Part shown: positions 1 through 10,878 of the stretch, one piece after another
Layout of the letters: each line of letters opens with the position of its first letter
Numbering within the stretch: position 1 is the stretch's first letter
Source of the DNA: a virus
Virus record (IMG/VR): IMGVR_UViG_3300042314_001189
Span: 64,001 to 128,000 of that record
Strand: one strand, 5' to 3'
Length of the DNA stretch: 64,000 bases
The notes under the pieces: model-generated
Seen by the model: only the letters and a program-made list of their open reading frames with translations
The model's database searches: none
What the model was told of the DNA's origin: nothing
Position numbers and translations under genes: made by a program

Positions 1-1
1 G

Positions 2-820
2 TTGGTTAATTTATTCTTTTCATTTGGTTTACCACTTAATAGCACTGACGATAACAGATTTAGTGGTATAACATACGCTAATGGTGGTTTTTCAGACACA
101 GCATTTAGTGGGTTCGCTGGTAGTAAAATAGTTGTTATTGGTATAGATAATTCACAATATGGTGAGGCGTTGGATGGTAAAACTGTTAAACTTGAATTAC
201 CAACGACTGCTGGTACATATACTCTTTATAGTACATATTTAGGTGGTTTATCTCAATTGAATGAATTAGACGCTAGATATAACGATACAGCAATTGCAAC
301 TGGTTCATTTGGTTATAACGTTGCAACTTTATTCTCTGATAACATTCTAACACCTAATGGTGGTGATTTAAGTTTAAGCTGGTCAACTGGTTATGGTACA
401 CAAAAACCGTTCTCTATAAATGGTAAGAAAACATACAACCTACAAACGAACACCAATTTAGGTGCTACTGCTGATACAGCTGTTGGTATGTCTTATTTGG
501 ATAAAGGGTTTATAGTAATCACAGACCCTACAATCGTAAACGCTGTCGGTGATGTTACAACAACTGGTGTAACAACTGGTATGACAGTAACTTTTGACAG
601 CATTTCAACAAATGTGACACAACAAATCACATGTATTGCCGACAGAGGTGAATTCGGTGGAACAACAAACCCAACATTTGGTGATGGCGATGTTCCTAGA
701 ATTAGCGAAGTGGGACTTTATGACGATGCTGGTAATCTTATTGCATATGCCAAAACAGATAGACAAGTAACAAAGAATGTTAACCAATTTTTGGCCCTTT
801 CTATAAATATTACACTTTAA
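2..820 (+). CDS. Virion structural protein (baseplate/tail-associated), 5' partial
   Basis: Gly/Thr/Ser-rich ORF ending in a PRISEVGLYDDAGNLIAYAK motif typical of phage tail/baseplate proteins. Confidence 0.5.
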   Translation: MVNLFFSFGLPLNSTDDNRFSGITYANGGFSDTAFSGFAGSKIVVIGIDNSQYGEALDGKTVKLELPTTAGTYTLYSTYLGGLSQLNELDARYNDTAIATGSFGYNVATLFSDNILTPNGGDLSLSWSTGYGTQKPFSINGKKTYNLQTNTNLGATADTAVGMSYLDKGFIVITDPTIVNAVGDVTTTGVTTGMTVTFDSISTNVTQQITCIADRGEFGGTTNPTFGDGDVPRISEVGLYDDAGNLIAYAKTDRQVTKNVNQFLALSINITL

Positions 821-869
821 CCCTTTATTTTTTACAAGTTAAGGTTAGATTAGTGTTAAAAATTGATTT

Positions 870-1517
870 ATGGCAAAAGAACCAGAATTTTTATTAGCAC
901 TAGACGTGTCGACATCAACAATTGGTATCGCACTATTTGAAGACTTAGGTGAAAAAGGTGAGTTGAAATTACTACACCATGTTTCACCTAAAGTTAAACC
1001 TAAACCAGAAAATAAAATGGAAGAATTGTTCAGAAAAGTTGAAATTTTTGAACAAGAATTTCTATCACATTATAGTGATTTTGGTATCAATAGAGTAGTC
1101 ATCGAAGAACCATTGCTTCAATCTAACAATGTTTACACAATAGCAACCTTATTACGTTTTAACGGTATGATATCAAAATCCGTTTATGACACTATTGGTG
1201 TTGTGCCAGAATTCATTTCTTCTTATGATGCTCGTAAATTTGCTTTCCCAGAATTAATGGCTGTCAGAAAATTCAAAAAAGACGGTACACCTTTAAACGA
1301 AAAACAAATAGCCAAAAATACTCCAGTATTGTTTGGTGGGTATGATTTCGATGTTGACAAGAAGTACGTTCTTTGGGAAAAAGTTGCCGAATTAGAGCCA
1401 CAAGTTACTTGGTTTTACGACAAAAACAACAAGTTAAAAAAAGAAACTTTTGACACCTCAGATGCTTATGTTGCTGGTATTGGTTACATGTATAAACACG
1501 AAATCTGGAAAAAATAG
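870..1517 (+). CDS. RuvC-like Holliday junction resolvase
   Basis: LALDVSTSTIG, VVIEE and DTSDAY acidic motifs of the RNase H/RuvC fold. Confidence 0.75.
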   Translation: MAKEPEFLLALDVSTSTIGIALFEDLGEKGELKLLHHVSPKVKPKPENKMEELFRKVEIFEQEFLSHYSDFGINRVVIEEPLLQSNNVYTIATLLRFNGMISKSVYDTIGVVPEFISSYDARKFAFPELMAVRKFKKDGTPLNEKQIAKNTPVLFGGYDFDVDKKYVLWEKVAELEPQVTWFYDKNNKLKKETFDTSDAYVAGIGYMYKHEIWKK

Positions 1518-1562
1518 TAAAATTTATTTGTAAAAACCATTAGTATTTCGTACCTTTGTAGT

Positions 1563-2519
1563 ATGAATCTTTTATTGGTTGATATACTTGAGAGCTTTTT
1601 AGGTGATACTAGAAAGCATAATGAAGATACTGGGCAAATCGCTTTTGACTGTCCAGCATGTTCTGCTGAAAAGGGTATGGTCGATGGTGATGGTAAAGGA
1701 AACCTAGAAATCAATTATAATAGAGGTATGTTTAAATGCTGGGCTTGTCAAGAGACAAACAACATGCATGGACCAGTAATTAAACTACTAAAAAAATACG
1801 CAACACCCAAAAACATACGTGATTATCTGTTGGTTAAACCAGATGCTGATTTGGTTAGCGAAAAACAGAAGAAAGAAATAGTATTAACTTTGCCAGAGGG
1901 GTATAAAAAACTATCTGAATGCACAGAAAAAGACTACAAATCACAACAAGCACTATCTTATTTGCGTGAACGTGGTATAACCGATGATATTATAAAATAT
2001 TATGAAATAGGTTACACGTTTAGAGGTAAATTCTTCAATAGAGTTATCATACCATCTTATGATTCAGAGGGTAAATTAAACTATTTCATAGCTAGATGGT
2101 TTGCCAAAGAATACACAAAACTAAAATATCTAAACCCAGATGTTGAAAAACAAGAAATAATCTTCAACGAAGGAAAAATAAACTGGGATTCAACAATTTA
2201 CATAGTAGAAGGAGCAACAGACCATATTGTTGTACCAAATTCAATACCATTATTGGGTAAATTCTTATCACCGCAACTCCTAGAACTATTACACGATAAC
2301 GCACAAGCTTTTATTGTGATTGTATTGGATGATGATGCGTATGAAGACGCTAAAAGGTTATACAGAGAATTAAACTTTGGTGATTTAAGGGGTAGAATAA
2401 AACTGGTTAAATGTCCAGAAGGTTATGACCCATCAAAAATATTTGAAAAATTAGGTAATAAGGGTATTGTTAAATTGCTTAGGGGTGCTTATAAATTAGA
2501 AGATTCTGAAATTTATTGA
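1563..2519 (+). CDS. DNA primase (Zn finger + TOPRIM)
   Basis: CPAC...CWAC Zn finger, YLRERGI, IVEGATD, LDDDA. Confidence 0.85.
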   Translation: MNLLLVDILESFLGDTRKHNEDTGQIAFDCPACSAEKGMVDGDGKGNLEINYNRGMFKCWACQETNNMHGPVIKLLKKYATPKNIRDYLLVKPDADLVSEKQKKEIVLTLPEGYKKLSECTEKDYKSQQALSYLRERGITDDIIKYYEIGYTFRGKFFNRVIIPSYDSEGKLNYFIARWFAKEYTKLKYLNPDVEKQEIIFNEGKINWDSTIYIVEGATDHIVVPNSIPLLGKFLSPQLLELLHDNAQAFIVIVLDDDAYEDAKRLYRELNFGDLRGRIKLVKCPEGYDPSKIFEKLGNKGIVKLLRGAYKLEDSEIY

Positions 2520-2541
2520 TATTTATACATAAAAGGTAAAT

Positions 2542-3171
2542 ATGGAAATAAAAAGTCGTTTAAGACAATTATTAAAAGAATCTATAGAAGGCAACTACGG
2601 CTACCATGTTGGTAATCTAACAACAAAGTCTGAATTTATTGGTGAAAAGGCGTTTGGTGGTAGAAGTTTAGCTTTGCAAGGTCTTGGTGGTGCTAGTAAG
2701 ACTGGCCAGTTTGGTGCTGGTCATTTTTTGTTTGGTACAAAAGAAAAAGCAGAAGATTTTAGAAAAACAAAAGACAGACCAATTTATAAGGTTGATTTTG
2801 GTCAATATAGAATGTATAGACCTAGCGATGCCAAAGAATTTGTAGAAGGCGTAATCAACCTTACGAATCAACTTATTATGGTTCCAGAAAGGTTTGCCGA
2901 AACTCAAGAGTTCAACGATGTTATCGATGACTTGGCACAAGATTTACCTAGTTTTGGTATTACTCTTTCAAGAGATAAAATATTCCAAATAACGAAAGGA
3001 TTTGTCGAAGACGTAACCGAAATGAAGAACCCAAAAAGTGATTACCTTATCACTAGATACCTTAAATCAATGGGTTATGAGGGGTTAGATTTAAGAAACA
3101 CACCATACGATTCCTACTATATTGGCTCTGTAATATACGATTTAAAAGCAAATACTGTTTCAGAAGCTTAA
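2542..3171 (+). CDS. Putative ADP-ribosyltransferase-fold virion protein
   Basis: YGYHVG...FGAGHFLF...GYEG pattern; N-terminal LRQLLKE leader; upstream TATTTATA. Confidence 0.35.
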   Translation: MEIKSRLRQLLKESIEGNYGYHVGNLTTKSEFIGEKAFGGRSLALQGLGGASKTGQFGAGHFLFGTKEKAEDFRKTKDRPIYKVDFGQYRMYRPSDAKEFVEGVINLTNQLIMVPERFAETQEFNDVIDDLAQDLPSFGITLSRDKIFQITKGFVEDVTEMKNPKSDYLITRYLKSMGYEGLDLRNTPYDSYYIGSVIYDLKANTVSEA

Positions 3172-3207
3172 TTTTACTTAAAATTAGTTGTTATTTAAGA
3201 TATTATT

Positions 3208-4017
3208 GTGTATCTTTGTAATAAATTATTAGACATGAGTAAAGCAAAATTATGGGTTGGGCCAGTATATTTAGAGCCGATAGAACATAAGTATCATCAT
3301 AGAGAAACTGGAAAAATTTATAAGTCGGTAACTACGACACTTTCATCTATTGAACCTCATTTTGATTCTGAAGCTGTTTCTTTGGCGATAACCAAACAGC
3401 TAGATACTGTTAAACAAGAACGTTATATTGGGCTAACGCAGCAACAAATTTTAGATTATTGGCAAATGCTTAATGATGAAGCTAACATTTATGGAACAAA
3501 AGTCCATGATATTGTTGAGCGTTATTTGCTGGCTAACAAATGGTATTTCCCACCAGAAAATGAAGAAGGTGAGTTTGAACAAAAAGTCATTGATGGGTAT
3601 AACGGGTTAAATATTGATGAGGGTGTTGCAATGTGGCCAGAAAGAATTTTGTTTGCGGAACAATACGAATTGGCTGGTATGTCTGACCTTATAATCGATA
3701 TTGATGATGTGTTTTTTGATGTATGGGACTGGAAAACCAATAGAGAGTTTAACTTCTTCAACCCATATGGTTTTGAAACGCTTTATAAACCTTTTGACCA
3801 CTTACAATCGTGTCAATGGTCTATATATACGCTGCAACTTTCAGTTTATGCTTATATGTATGAATTGGAATTCCCTGGTCGTAAGTGTAGACAAATAAGA
3901 ATTGGGTATTGGGATAAAGAAAAAATGACGTTTGAAAAAATTCAAATTATGTATTTGAAACATGAAGCCAAAAAACTTATTGAGATGCACCACTATAACA
4001 TAATGAAAAACGCATAA
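3208..4017 (+). CDS. PD-(D/E)XK exonuclease
   Basis: SVTT, GTKVH, AGMSDL, DWKT and LQLSVY motifs. Confidence 0.8.
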   Translation: MYLCNKLLDMSKAKLWVGPVYLEPIEHKYHHRETGKIYKSVTTTLSSIEPHFDSEAVSLAITKQLDTVKQERYIGLTQQQILDYWQMLNDEANIYGTKVHDIVERYLLANKWYFPPENEEGEFEQKVIDGYNGLNIDEGVAMWPERILFAEQYELAGMSDLIIDIDDVFFDVWDWKTNREFNFFNPYGFETLYKPFDHLQSCQWSIYTLQLSVYAYMYELEFPGRKCRQIRIGYWDKEKMTFEKIQIMYLKHEAKKLIEMHHYNIMKNA

Positions 4018-4020
4018 TCA

Positions 4021-4236
4021 ATGGATAAGCCTAGATACTTTAAATGTTCTAAGTGTGGGGAATCAATTAGAAAGATTCTTCACCCTTCATTAAGTGATTT
4101 AGACAATATGCCAGTATGTATTTTTCCAATGGTAGAAAGAACATCTGGTATTTGTGGTGGTAGTTTTAGTGTTGAAATAACAGAAGAAGAATATAATGAA
4201 ACCCTTAAAGAGTGGGAAAATAAAAACGCAAAATAA
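4021..4236 (+). CDS. Small Zn-ribbon protein
   Basis: CSKC...C...C in 71 aa. Confidence 0.4.
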   Translation: MDKPRYFKCSKCGESIRKILHPSLSDLDNMPVCIFPMVERTSGICGGSFSVEITEEEYNETLKEWENKNAK

Positions 4237-5049
4237 ATGGTAAAGAAAATAGTACACTTAGCTGATATTCACATCAGAACTTTTAGAATGCATGATGAAT
4301 ACAAAGATGTTTTTAGGAATTTACTTAAAGACGTTAAAGAACTTACTGAAGATTTTGAACGTGAAGAAATACGAATAGTTATTGCTGGTGATTTGGTTCA
4401 TCAAAAAATCGTGATTTCAAACGAGCAGTTAATTTTAGGTACGTGGTTTTTGAGAAAATTAGAAGAAATCGCACCAGTAATTATAATTGCTGGAAACCAT
4501 GATTTATTAGAGAACAACAAAGACAGAATGGATAGTATTAGCCCTATGGTACAATTCTTAGGTGATAAAGAAATAAACTATTTCAAGGAATCTAAATGCT
4601 ATATGGATGACAATATTGTTTGGTGTGTTTATTCTATCTTTGAAGAAAACGCTAGACCAGACATTGAGTCGGCTAGAGTTGAATTTGGTAATGATAAAAC
4701 ATATGTTGGGTTATTCCACGCACCGTTGATAAACGCAAAAACCGACATAGGTTATGAAATTGACCATGGTGCTGAATTAGATACTTTTGAAGGTTGTGAT
4801 GTTGTTATGTTGGGTGATATCCACAAGCGTCAAGCGTTTAACCATAAAGGGATAATTGTTGCTTATCCCTCATCATTGATACAACAAAACTTTGGTGAAA
4901 ATGTGACAAAACACGGTTTCTTATTCTGGGATGTTGAAACAAAAACATATACAGAACATGACGTAGAAAATAAATCTCCTTACTACCAATTTAAAATAAA
5001 ATCATTGGAAGATATTGAGAATGGAACAGAAAAAATTACAAACTTATGA
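4237..5049 (+). CDS. Mre11/SbcD-like nuclease (T4 gp47-like)
   Basis: DIH, GDLVH, GNHD and GDIH metallophosphoesterase motifs; adjacent to Rad50-like gene. Confidence 0.85.
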   Translation: MVKKIVHLADIHIRTFRMHDEYKDVFRNLLKDVKELTEDFEREEIRIVIAGDLVHQKIVISNEQLILGTWFLRKLEEIAPVIIIAGNHDLLENNKDRMDSISPMVQFLGDKEINYFKESKCYMDDNIVWCVYSIFEENARPDIESARVEFGNDKTYVGLFHAPLINAKTDIGYEIDHGAELDTFEGCDVVMLGDIHKRQAFNHKGIIVAYPSSLIQQNFGENVTKHGFLFWDVETKTYTEHDVENKSPYYQFKIKSLEDIENGTEKITNL

Positions 5050-5262
5050 TGCTAGGTGAATTAAGAGAGTTTATAAATAAACTCCCAGAAGACATGGACA
5101 ACTTTATTGTTGTAAATGGTGAATACGGGTTTTTAGACCCAAGTGATGATAACAGTGTTGTTTATCGAGTAGATAAACCCGTACTTATGGTTACGGTTGA
5201 TGAGAATGACAAAGAAATTTTGTTATTACATCAGACACGTGAAGATGTAAAAACAATGATGG

Positions 5263-5697
5263 GTGATGACAATTCCTAATGAATTACATGATGAACTTTG
5301 GGATTATTGTAGAGTTAACAATATCACAAACGTTGAAGAGTTTAAATTAAAACTTTTAAAGAAAGGTTTTACTGTTGAAAAATTTGGTGCAACACCACAA
5401 GCGGTAGAGAAAATTGTTGAGAAAATTGTTGAAAAAATCGTTGAGGTTCCAGTTGAAAAAATCGTTGAGGTTCCAGTTGAAAAAATCGTTGAGAAAGAGG
5501 TATATGTAACCGATGATTCTAAACTATCTGATTTTACTGATAAGATAGAAGAACAACAAAATTTAGTGATTAAACTAGAAGGTGATATTTCAAAACAAAA
5601 CAAAACGATATCAACATTAGAAACCGAGATAACCAATTTGAAATCAGAGTTGGAAAAAGAAAAGAAGAAAAATAAAAGAGACATTTATGGTGAGTAA
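5263..5697 (+). CDS. Hypothetical protein with VEKIVE repeats and coiled coil
   Basis: ORF track; tandem repeats at about 5403-5495. Confidence 0.5.
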   Translation: MMTIPNELHDELWDYCRVNNITNVEEFKLKLLKKGFTVEKFGATPQAVEKIVEKIVEKIVEVPVEKIVEVPVEKIVEKEVYVTDDSKLSDFTDKIEEQQNLVIKLEGDISKQNKTISTLETEITNLKSELEKEKKKNKRDIYGE

Positions 5698-8056
5698 TAC
5701 AGACGTTATGGATATCAAGGCAATATCCCCTTATTCAAAAATCAAAGTCTATTGGGATGATAGACCAGAAAATTATAGCAAAGAAGCCAAGAACAAAGTT
5801 AGAAATTATTTTGCTAACAAATATGGTGTTGCTAAGAACAACATCAATGTTGTTTATAGACCAGTTAGGTTAAACGATAAAGGCGATGTTATTGAAATTA
5901 CTGGTGCTGGTATTGAAAACATTATGGATGTAGGGTACCAAAGAGCCCTTATGAAAGAGTTAATCGATAGAGACGGTAAATCGGTTGACTTTAACCGTAT
6001 AATCGCTTTAGATGATAAAGTAAACGCATCATTAAACGTTGATTTGACAGAAGCGCAACACAGAAGCTGGTCAATCAAATGGGTGATGATTGATAACTTC
6101 TTATCTTTTGGTGAAAATAACTATGTTCCTTTTAGTAAACTAAGAGGTTTAACAGTTGTTAATTCAATGCCATCTAATCAAGGTGGTAAAACAACCTTAA
6201 CGATTGATGCTATTAAATTTTTATTACATGGTAGCACAACAAAAACGGATACAAACGAACAAATCTTCAACACATACACCGATAAAAACGAACTAACTGT
6301 TCGTGGTATGATTGATATTGAAGGTGAAGAAACAATCATAGAACGAAAAATGAGACGCTCAGCCAAAAAAGGTGGTGGGTGGACAGTTGTTAATAAAGTC
6401 AACTATTACAAGATATTACCAGACGGTGAAGAAGAAATGTTGAACGAGGAAGATGCTACTCAAACAACCAAAAAACTTAAAGAAACTATTGGTAGTGAGA
6501 AAGACTTTGAAATGCTTGTTTTAGCAACTGAGAAGAATTTGGATGATTTGATTGGGTTAACAACAACTGAATCTGGTAAAGTTTTAACTAGACTTATTGG
6601 TTTGGAGATTTTAGAAATCAAAGAAAAAGCTGTTAGAGAAATGTATAATGAATTTGCTAGAAAGAAAAAATCTAACGAGTTCGATGTCATAACTCTTGGT
6701 AATGAAATTGATGAACACGAAGAAAAAATCGTTTTATGTGATGAGTTAGAAAAAACTTTAAACGAAAAACTAGAATCTAACAAAAACGAAATTGTTAGAT
6801 TAAACGGTGAGAACGATAGGTTAATAGACAGCAAAGAAAAAATTGATGTTACGATATCTGAATTAAACCCAGAAACATTAGAAAGTGAAATAGAAACTTT
6901 AATTGAAAAAGGTGTCGGTTTAAAAGAAAAGGTTGATGAGTTTGTTGTTAAGATAGATGAAATAGGTAATATTGTTTTTGATGAAGATAGACACTTTGAA
7001 TTAACCAAATCCGTAAACGCTAAGACAACTGAAAAAGCTGTTCATTCAGCTGAAATAAGTAGGTTAGAAACGGTTATTGAGGATTTAATAGCTGGTGGTA
7101 TTTGTCAATCATGCAACAGAAAATTGGATGATGTAGATAATACAGAACACATAAACACACACAAAGTACAAATTGAAAATACTAGAGCCAAAGTTACTAA
7201 ACTAGGTCAAGAAATAAAAGTTTTGAATGATGAATTGAGTGGGTTAACTGAAACTAAAAAATCTGTTGATATCAAAAACAAATTAGAGTTAGATAAAGAC
7301 AGAACGGAAGTTGAAATTGGTTCACTTAGAAACAAAGTTGTTGCTAAGAAAAACGACTTGAAAAAATATAAACTTAATTTGGATGCTATCGAATTAAACA
7401 AGAAAATTGACATAGAGATTAGTAAAGTTAAAACTGATTTGTCTGTTTGTGAATTTGCTAAAGATGATGCGATAACCAAAATAGAAAGAGTTCAAACAGA
7501 TATTAAAAATCACAAAAAAGACATAGCAACCAAAACAAAACTTATTGAAACTATCAAGAAAGAAGAAGAGGTTGATAAAATATTCAAAATTTATATTGAT
7601 TTAGTAGGGAAGAAAGGTATTAGCAAATTAGTGTTGCGTTCAGTTTTACCAATAATTAACTCTGAAGCACAAAGATTGCTAGAAGATGTTGTAGATTTTG
7701 ATATTGAGATATTTATGAATGATAAGAATGATGTTCAATTTTTGATTGTTAAAGATGAAATCTCTAAGTTGTTAAAATCTGGTTCTGGACTAGAAAAAAC
7801 AGCTGCAAGTTTAGCTTTAAGAGCTGTACTAGGGAAATTATCAACGTTACCGATGCCAAACTTTATCACTTTTGATGAGGTTTTAGGTAAAGTGGCACCA
7901 GAAAATATTGAAAAACTGAAACACTTATTTGATAAAATAAAAGATATGTATGAGATAGTTTTCTTTATTACACACAACGACCTAGTAAAAGACTGGGGTG
8001 ATAATGTCGTGACCGTCAACAAGATAGATAACGTTTCTAAAATATCTTTTAAATAA
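5687..8056 (+). CDS. Rad50/SbcC-like ATPase (T4 gp46-like)
   Basis: NQGGKT Walker A, CQSC zinc hook, SGLEK signature, FDEV Walker B, ITH. Confidence 0.9.
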   Translation: MVSNTDVMDIKAISPYSKIKVYWDDRPENYSKEAKNKVRNYFANKYGVAKNNINVVYRPVRLNDKGDVIEITGAGIENIMDVGYQRALMKELIDRDGKSVDFNRIIALDDKVNASLNVDLTEAQHRSWSIKWVMIDNFLSFGENNYVPFSKLRGLTVVNSMPSNQGGKTTLTIDAIKFLLHGSTTKTDTNEQIFNTYTDKNELTVRGMIDIEGEETIIERKMRRSAKKGGGWTVVNKVNYYKILPDGEEEMLNEEDATQTTKKLKETIGSEKDFEMLVLATEKNLDDLIGLTTTESGKVLTRLIGLEILEIKEKAVREMYNEFARKKKSNEFDVITLGNEIDEHEEKIVLCDELEKTLNEKLESNKNEIVRLNGENDRLIDSKEKIDVTISELNPETLESEIETLIEKGVGLKEKVDEFVVKIDEIGNIVFDEDRHFELTKSVNAKTTEKAVHSAEISRLETVIEDLIAGGICQSCNRKLDDVDNTEHINTHKVQIENTRAKVTKLGQEIKVLNDELSGLTETKKSVDIKNKLELDKDRTEVEIGSLRNKVVAKKNDLKKYKLNLDAIELNKKIDIEISKVKTDLSVCEFAKDDAITKIERVQTDIKNHKKDIATKTKLIETIKKEEEVDKIFKIYIDLVGKKGISKLVLRSVLPIINSEAQRLLEDVVDFDIEIFMNDKNDVQFLIVKDEISKLLKSGSGLEKTAASLALRAVLGKLSTLPMPNFITFDEVLGKVAPENIEKLKHLFDKIKDMYEIVFFITHNDLVKDWGDNVVTVNKIDNVSKISFK

Positions 8057-8097
8057 AATTGGTTTATTCGTAAAAAAATAGTACCTTTGATAAAAAT

Positions 8098-8637
8098 TTG
8101 AAAAACATGAAGTTTAGAAATTACTGTGTGGTTATTATGGGTGACACCAATGGAGTTTCGGTTGAAATTGAAAAAGTGAGCGAGACTAAACCCAATATTT
8201 TAGATGCTAGAGGCATAATTATTGCTACATTTTCATCTGCTGTTGAACCAAAAGAATTGTCAGATTGGTTCAAATTGAACAAAAGAAGTTTTTTTGTTTT
8301 TGATTTAGACCAAAAATCATCTGGGTATCATATAACGAAAAAAGAAATACATGAAGGACTATTTGGTTTTTTGAGCGAATTTAATGAAGATGTTTTGAAA
8401 CAAAGAACAAACGATTTGATGGATGCTATTCAAGATGCTGAAATCATACAAGAAAATAGTAGAAAAAACAAAGGTATAAATGTGAAGACCGTGGTAAAAC
8501 CCAAAAGACTTACCGAGTCAGAAATCGAGAATATGACATTAAAAGAAAAGGAAGAAATAATGAATAAAATAATCGATAATGGGGTTGAAAACATGACTGA
8601 ATACGATAAAAAAATATTACCACTTTTAGTGAAATAA
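8098..8637 (+). CDS. Hypothetical protein
   Basis: ORF preceded by a TACCTTTG promoter. Confidence 0.5.
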   Translation: MKNMKFRNYCVVIMGDTNGVSVEIEKVSETKPNILDARGIIIATFSSAVEPKELSDWFKLNKRSFFVFDLDQKSSGYHITKKEIHEGLFGFLSEFNEDVLKQRTNDLMDAIQDAEIIQENSRKNKGINVKTVVKPKRLTESEIENMTLKEKEEIMNKIIDNGVENMTEYDKKILPLLVK

Positions 8638-8725
8638 TTATCAAAAACCCTTGACTTTTAAGGGTTTTTGTCGTATATTTACGTAAGTAAAAATAACAAA
8701 AAAAGAGAGTAAATGAGAGTATTTA

Positions 8726-9553
8726 ATGAACAAAAAGTATGTTAATTTTGATAATGATGATAGCATTTCAAAATATTTTAAAGATGTTAGAAAATCGGTT
8801 GTTCTAACACAAAACGAAGAGATTAGTTTAGCTAAAAGAATAAAGAATGGTGACAATAAAGCCATAGAAGAATTAGTAAACGCAAATCTTAAATTCGTTA
8901 TATCGATAGCTAAAGAATATCAAGGACAAGGTTTAGCTTTGTCTGATTTGATTAGTGAAGGTAATTACGGTTTAGTTAAAGCGGCTACCAGATTCGATTA
9001 TAAAAGAGGTTTTAGGTTTATATCATACGCTGTTTGGTGGGTTAAACAATCAATCATTCAAGGACTTAATGATAATGCTAGAGTTGTAAGATTACCAGCA
9101 AATGTTATCAACAAAATATCAAAACTAAATAAAGAGATTGCCAAATTTGAACACATAAACGAGAGAGAACCTATTTTTGGTGAAATTGTTGATGAAGAAG
9201 TTAGTGTTGAATTGTTAAGATATCCTAAATGCGCATCACTTAACGAATACATAAATGAGGACGGTGATGAGCTAATTGAATTGATACCTGGAGAAGAACA
9301 ACAAGAGGATAAAATAGAGGTTGACGAAAGAATTAAAAAACAATTAGGTAAAACCTTATCAGTATTGGATGAGAGAGAACGAAACATTGTTGAATGTTAT
9401 TTTGGTATAGATACAGATTGTGAACCAATGACACTTGAAGCTATAGGTGAAAAATATTCTTTGACAAAAGAAAGGATTAGGCAGATAAAAGAAAAAGCAA
9501 TTCGAAAGTTAAGGCACAATGCTCACGACTTATACGATTTAATTAATGAATAA
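8726..9553 (+). CDS. RNA polymerase sigma70 (RpoD/RpoS-like) factor
   Basis: NLKFVISIAK, DLISEGNYGL, FISYAVWW, TLEAIG...TKERIRQI. Confidence 0.95.
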   Translation: MNKKYVNFDNDDSISKYFKDVRKSVVLTQNEEISLAKRIKNGDNKAIEELVNANLKFVISIAKEYQGQGLALSDLISEGNYGLVKAATRFDYKRGFRFISYAVWWVKQSIIQGLNDNARVVRLPANVINKISKLNKEIAKFEHINEREPIFGEIVDEEVSVELLRYPKCASLNEYINEDGDELIELIPGEEQQEDKIEVDERIKKQLGKTLSVLDERERNIVECYFGIDTDCEPMTLEAIGEKYSLTKERIRQIKEKAIRKLRHNAHDLYDLINE

Positions 9554-9580
9554 AAAAAAAGGGATTGAGGTCCCTTTTTT
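9552..9580 (+). terminator. Rho-independent terminator
   Basis: AAAAAGGGA-TTGAGG-TCCCTTTTT hairpin with T run. Confidence 0.7.
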
Positions 9581-9585
9581 GACTA

Positions 9586-10878
9586 TTGAGTATTTATAGT
9601 AAAATAAAAGACATGAAGATAAAATTTAGTTACATAATGTTAATATTAGCACTTTCAGTTGCTGGTTGTGCTGCATACTTTTCAGTGTGGGGTCTAAGTC
9701 AATTGTTTGCTGGTGCAAGCACTGCTGTTATTATAATGGCATCTGTGTTAGAAATTGGTAAAGTAGTAACAACAACTGCTTTGCATACATATTGGCATAA
9801 GTTAGCCAGAGGGTTAAAAATTTATTTAACGATAAGTGTGGGTGTCCTTATGATTATCACATCAGCTGGTATCTACGGTTTCTTATCAAACGCTTATCAA
9901 TCAACTGCTAACAAATTAGAATTACACGAAGGTGAATTGGGTGTGTTAGAAGCTAAGAAACAAGTATTTGAAAAAACAATAGCTGACAATGCTAAGATTA
10001 TCGAAACAAAAACAAAACGTGCAGAACAATTAAATAACCTTAGAGGTAATCAAGAATCACGTTTAGATAATTCAACAAATAATAGAAATCAAAGAAACGC
10101 TAGAAAAGATATTGAAAGTTCAGATAAACAAATTCAAGTATTAAATACTGAAATAGACGAACTTAACGCTAAAAATATTGTGTTGTCTGATTCAGTGAAT
10201 GCTTATAATGTAAAAGCTATTGAATTAAAAGCTGGTAGTGAAGTAGCTGGTGAAGTTGGACCTCTTAAATATGTTTCTGAATTGACTGGAACACCAATGG
10301 CCAATGTAGTTAACTTTATGATTCTTTTGCTTATATTCGTGTTTGACCCATTGGCAATTGCGCTAGTATTGGCAACAAACAGAGTGTTTGAATTGGAAGG
10401 TAAACAAACACCATTGGAACCTAAAATAGATAAAACTAAAGAAGTTTTAGAGGGTGCTGTTGAAGAATTAAAAAAACAGCCAGAGGTACCCACAACCATT
10501 GTTGATGTTATTAAAAGTAAAACATCTGAAGATGAATTACCAATAGAAGAACCTATAATGTTGGATGAACAACATGAGGAAGATATTGTTGAAGAAGTTG
10601 AAAATGTTGAGATAGAACCATGGGATATCAGACCTATTCAAGAAGAAATCGTTGTTGAAGAACCAATAGTAGAAGAAATCAAACCAATTGCTAAAAAGCA
10701 ACCAGTAATACCAACTGGAAAAGTTGAGTTGGAAGATATCAAAGAAATTAAAGAAGGTAACAGAGGTTTTTCAGTTGACATACCAAATCCAAAAACCTCA
10801 AACACAATAGAAAGAATCGGGTCAAACAAAATAGTTAAAAACGGTGATAACAACAAAGTGTATTTCAAACGTGGGTAA
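9586..10878 (+). CDS. Membrane coiled-coil protein
   Basis: Three N-terminal TM helices, coiled coil, a further TM helix, acidic tail. Confidence 0.55.
   Translation: MSIYSKIKDMKIKFSYIMLILALSVAGCAAYFSVWGLSQLFAGASTAVIIMASVLEIGKVVTTTALHTYWHKLARGLKIYLTISVGVLMIITSAGIYGFLSNAYQSTANKLELHEGELGVLEAKKQVFEKTIADNAKIIETKTKRAEQLNNLRGNQESRLDNSTNNRNQRNARKDIESSDKQIQVLNTEIDELNAKNIVLSDSVNAYNVKAIELKAGSEVAGEVGPLKYVSELTGTPMANVVNFMILLLIFVFDPLAIALVLATNRVFELEGKQTPLEPKIDKTKEVLEGAVEELKKQPEVPTTIVDVIKSKTSEDELPIEEPIMLDEQHEEDIVEEVENVEIEPWDIRPIQEEIVVEEPIVEEIKPIAKKQPVIPTGKVELEDIKEIKEGNRGFSVDIPNPKTSNTIERIGSNKIVKNGDNNKVYFKRG

Noticed and set aside
5304-7479. Long antisense ORFs (also 25896-26492, 39146-39703, 41278-41865)
   Set aside because: Shadow frames of strongly codon-biased plus-strand genes, with no motifs or expression signals.
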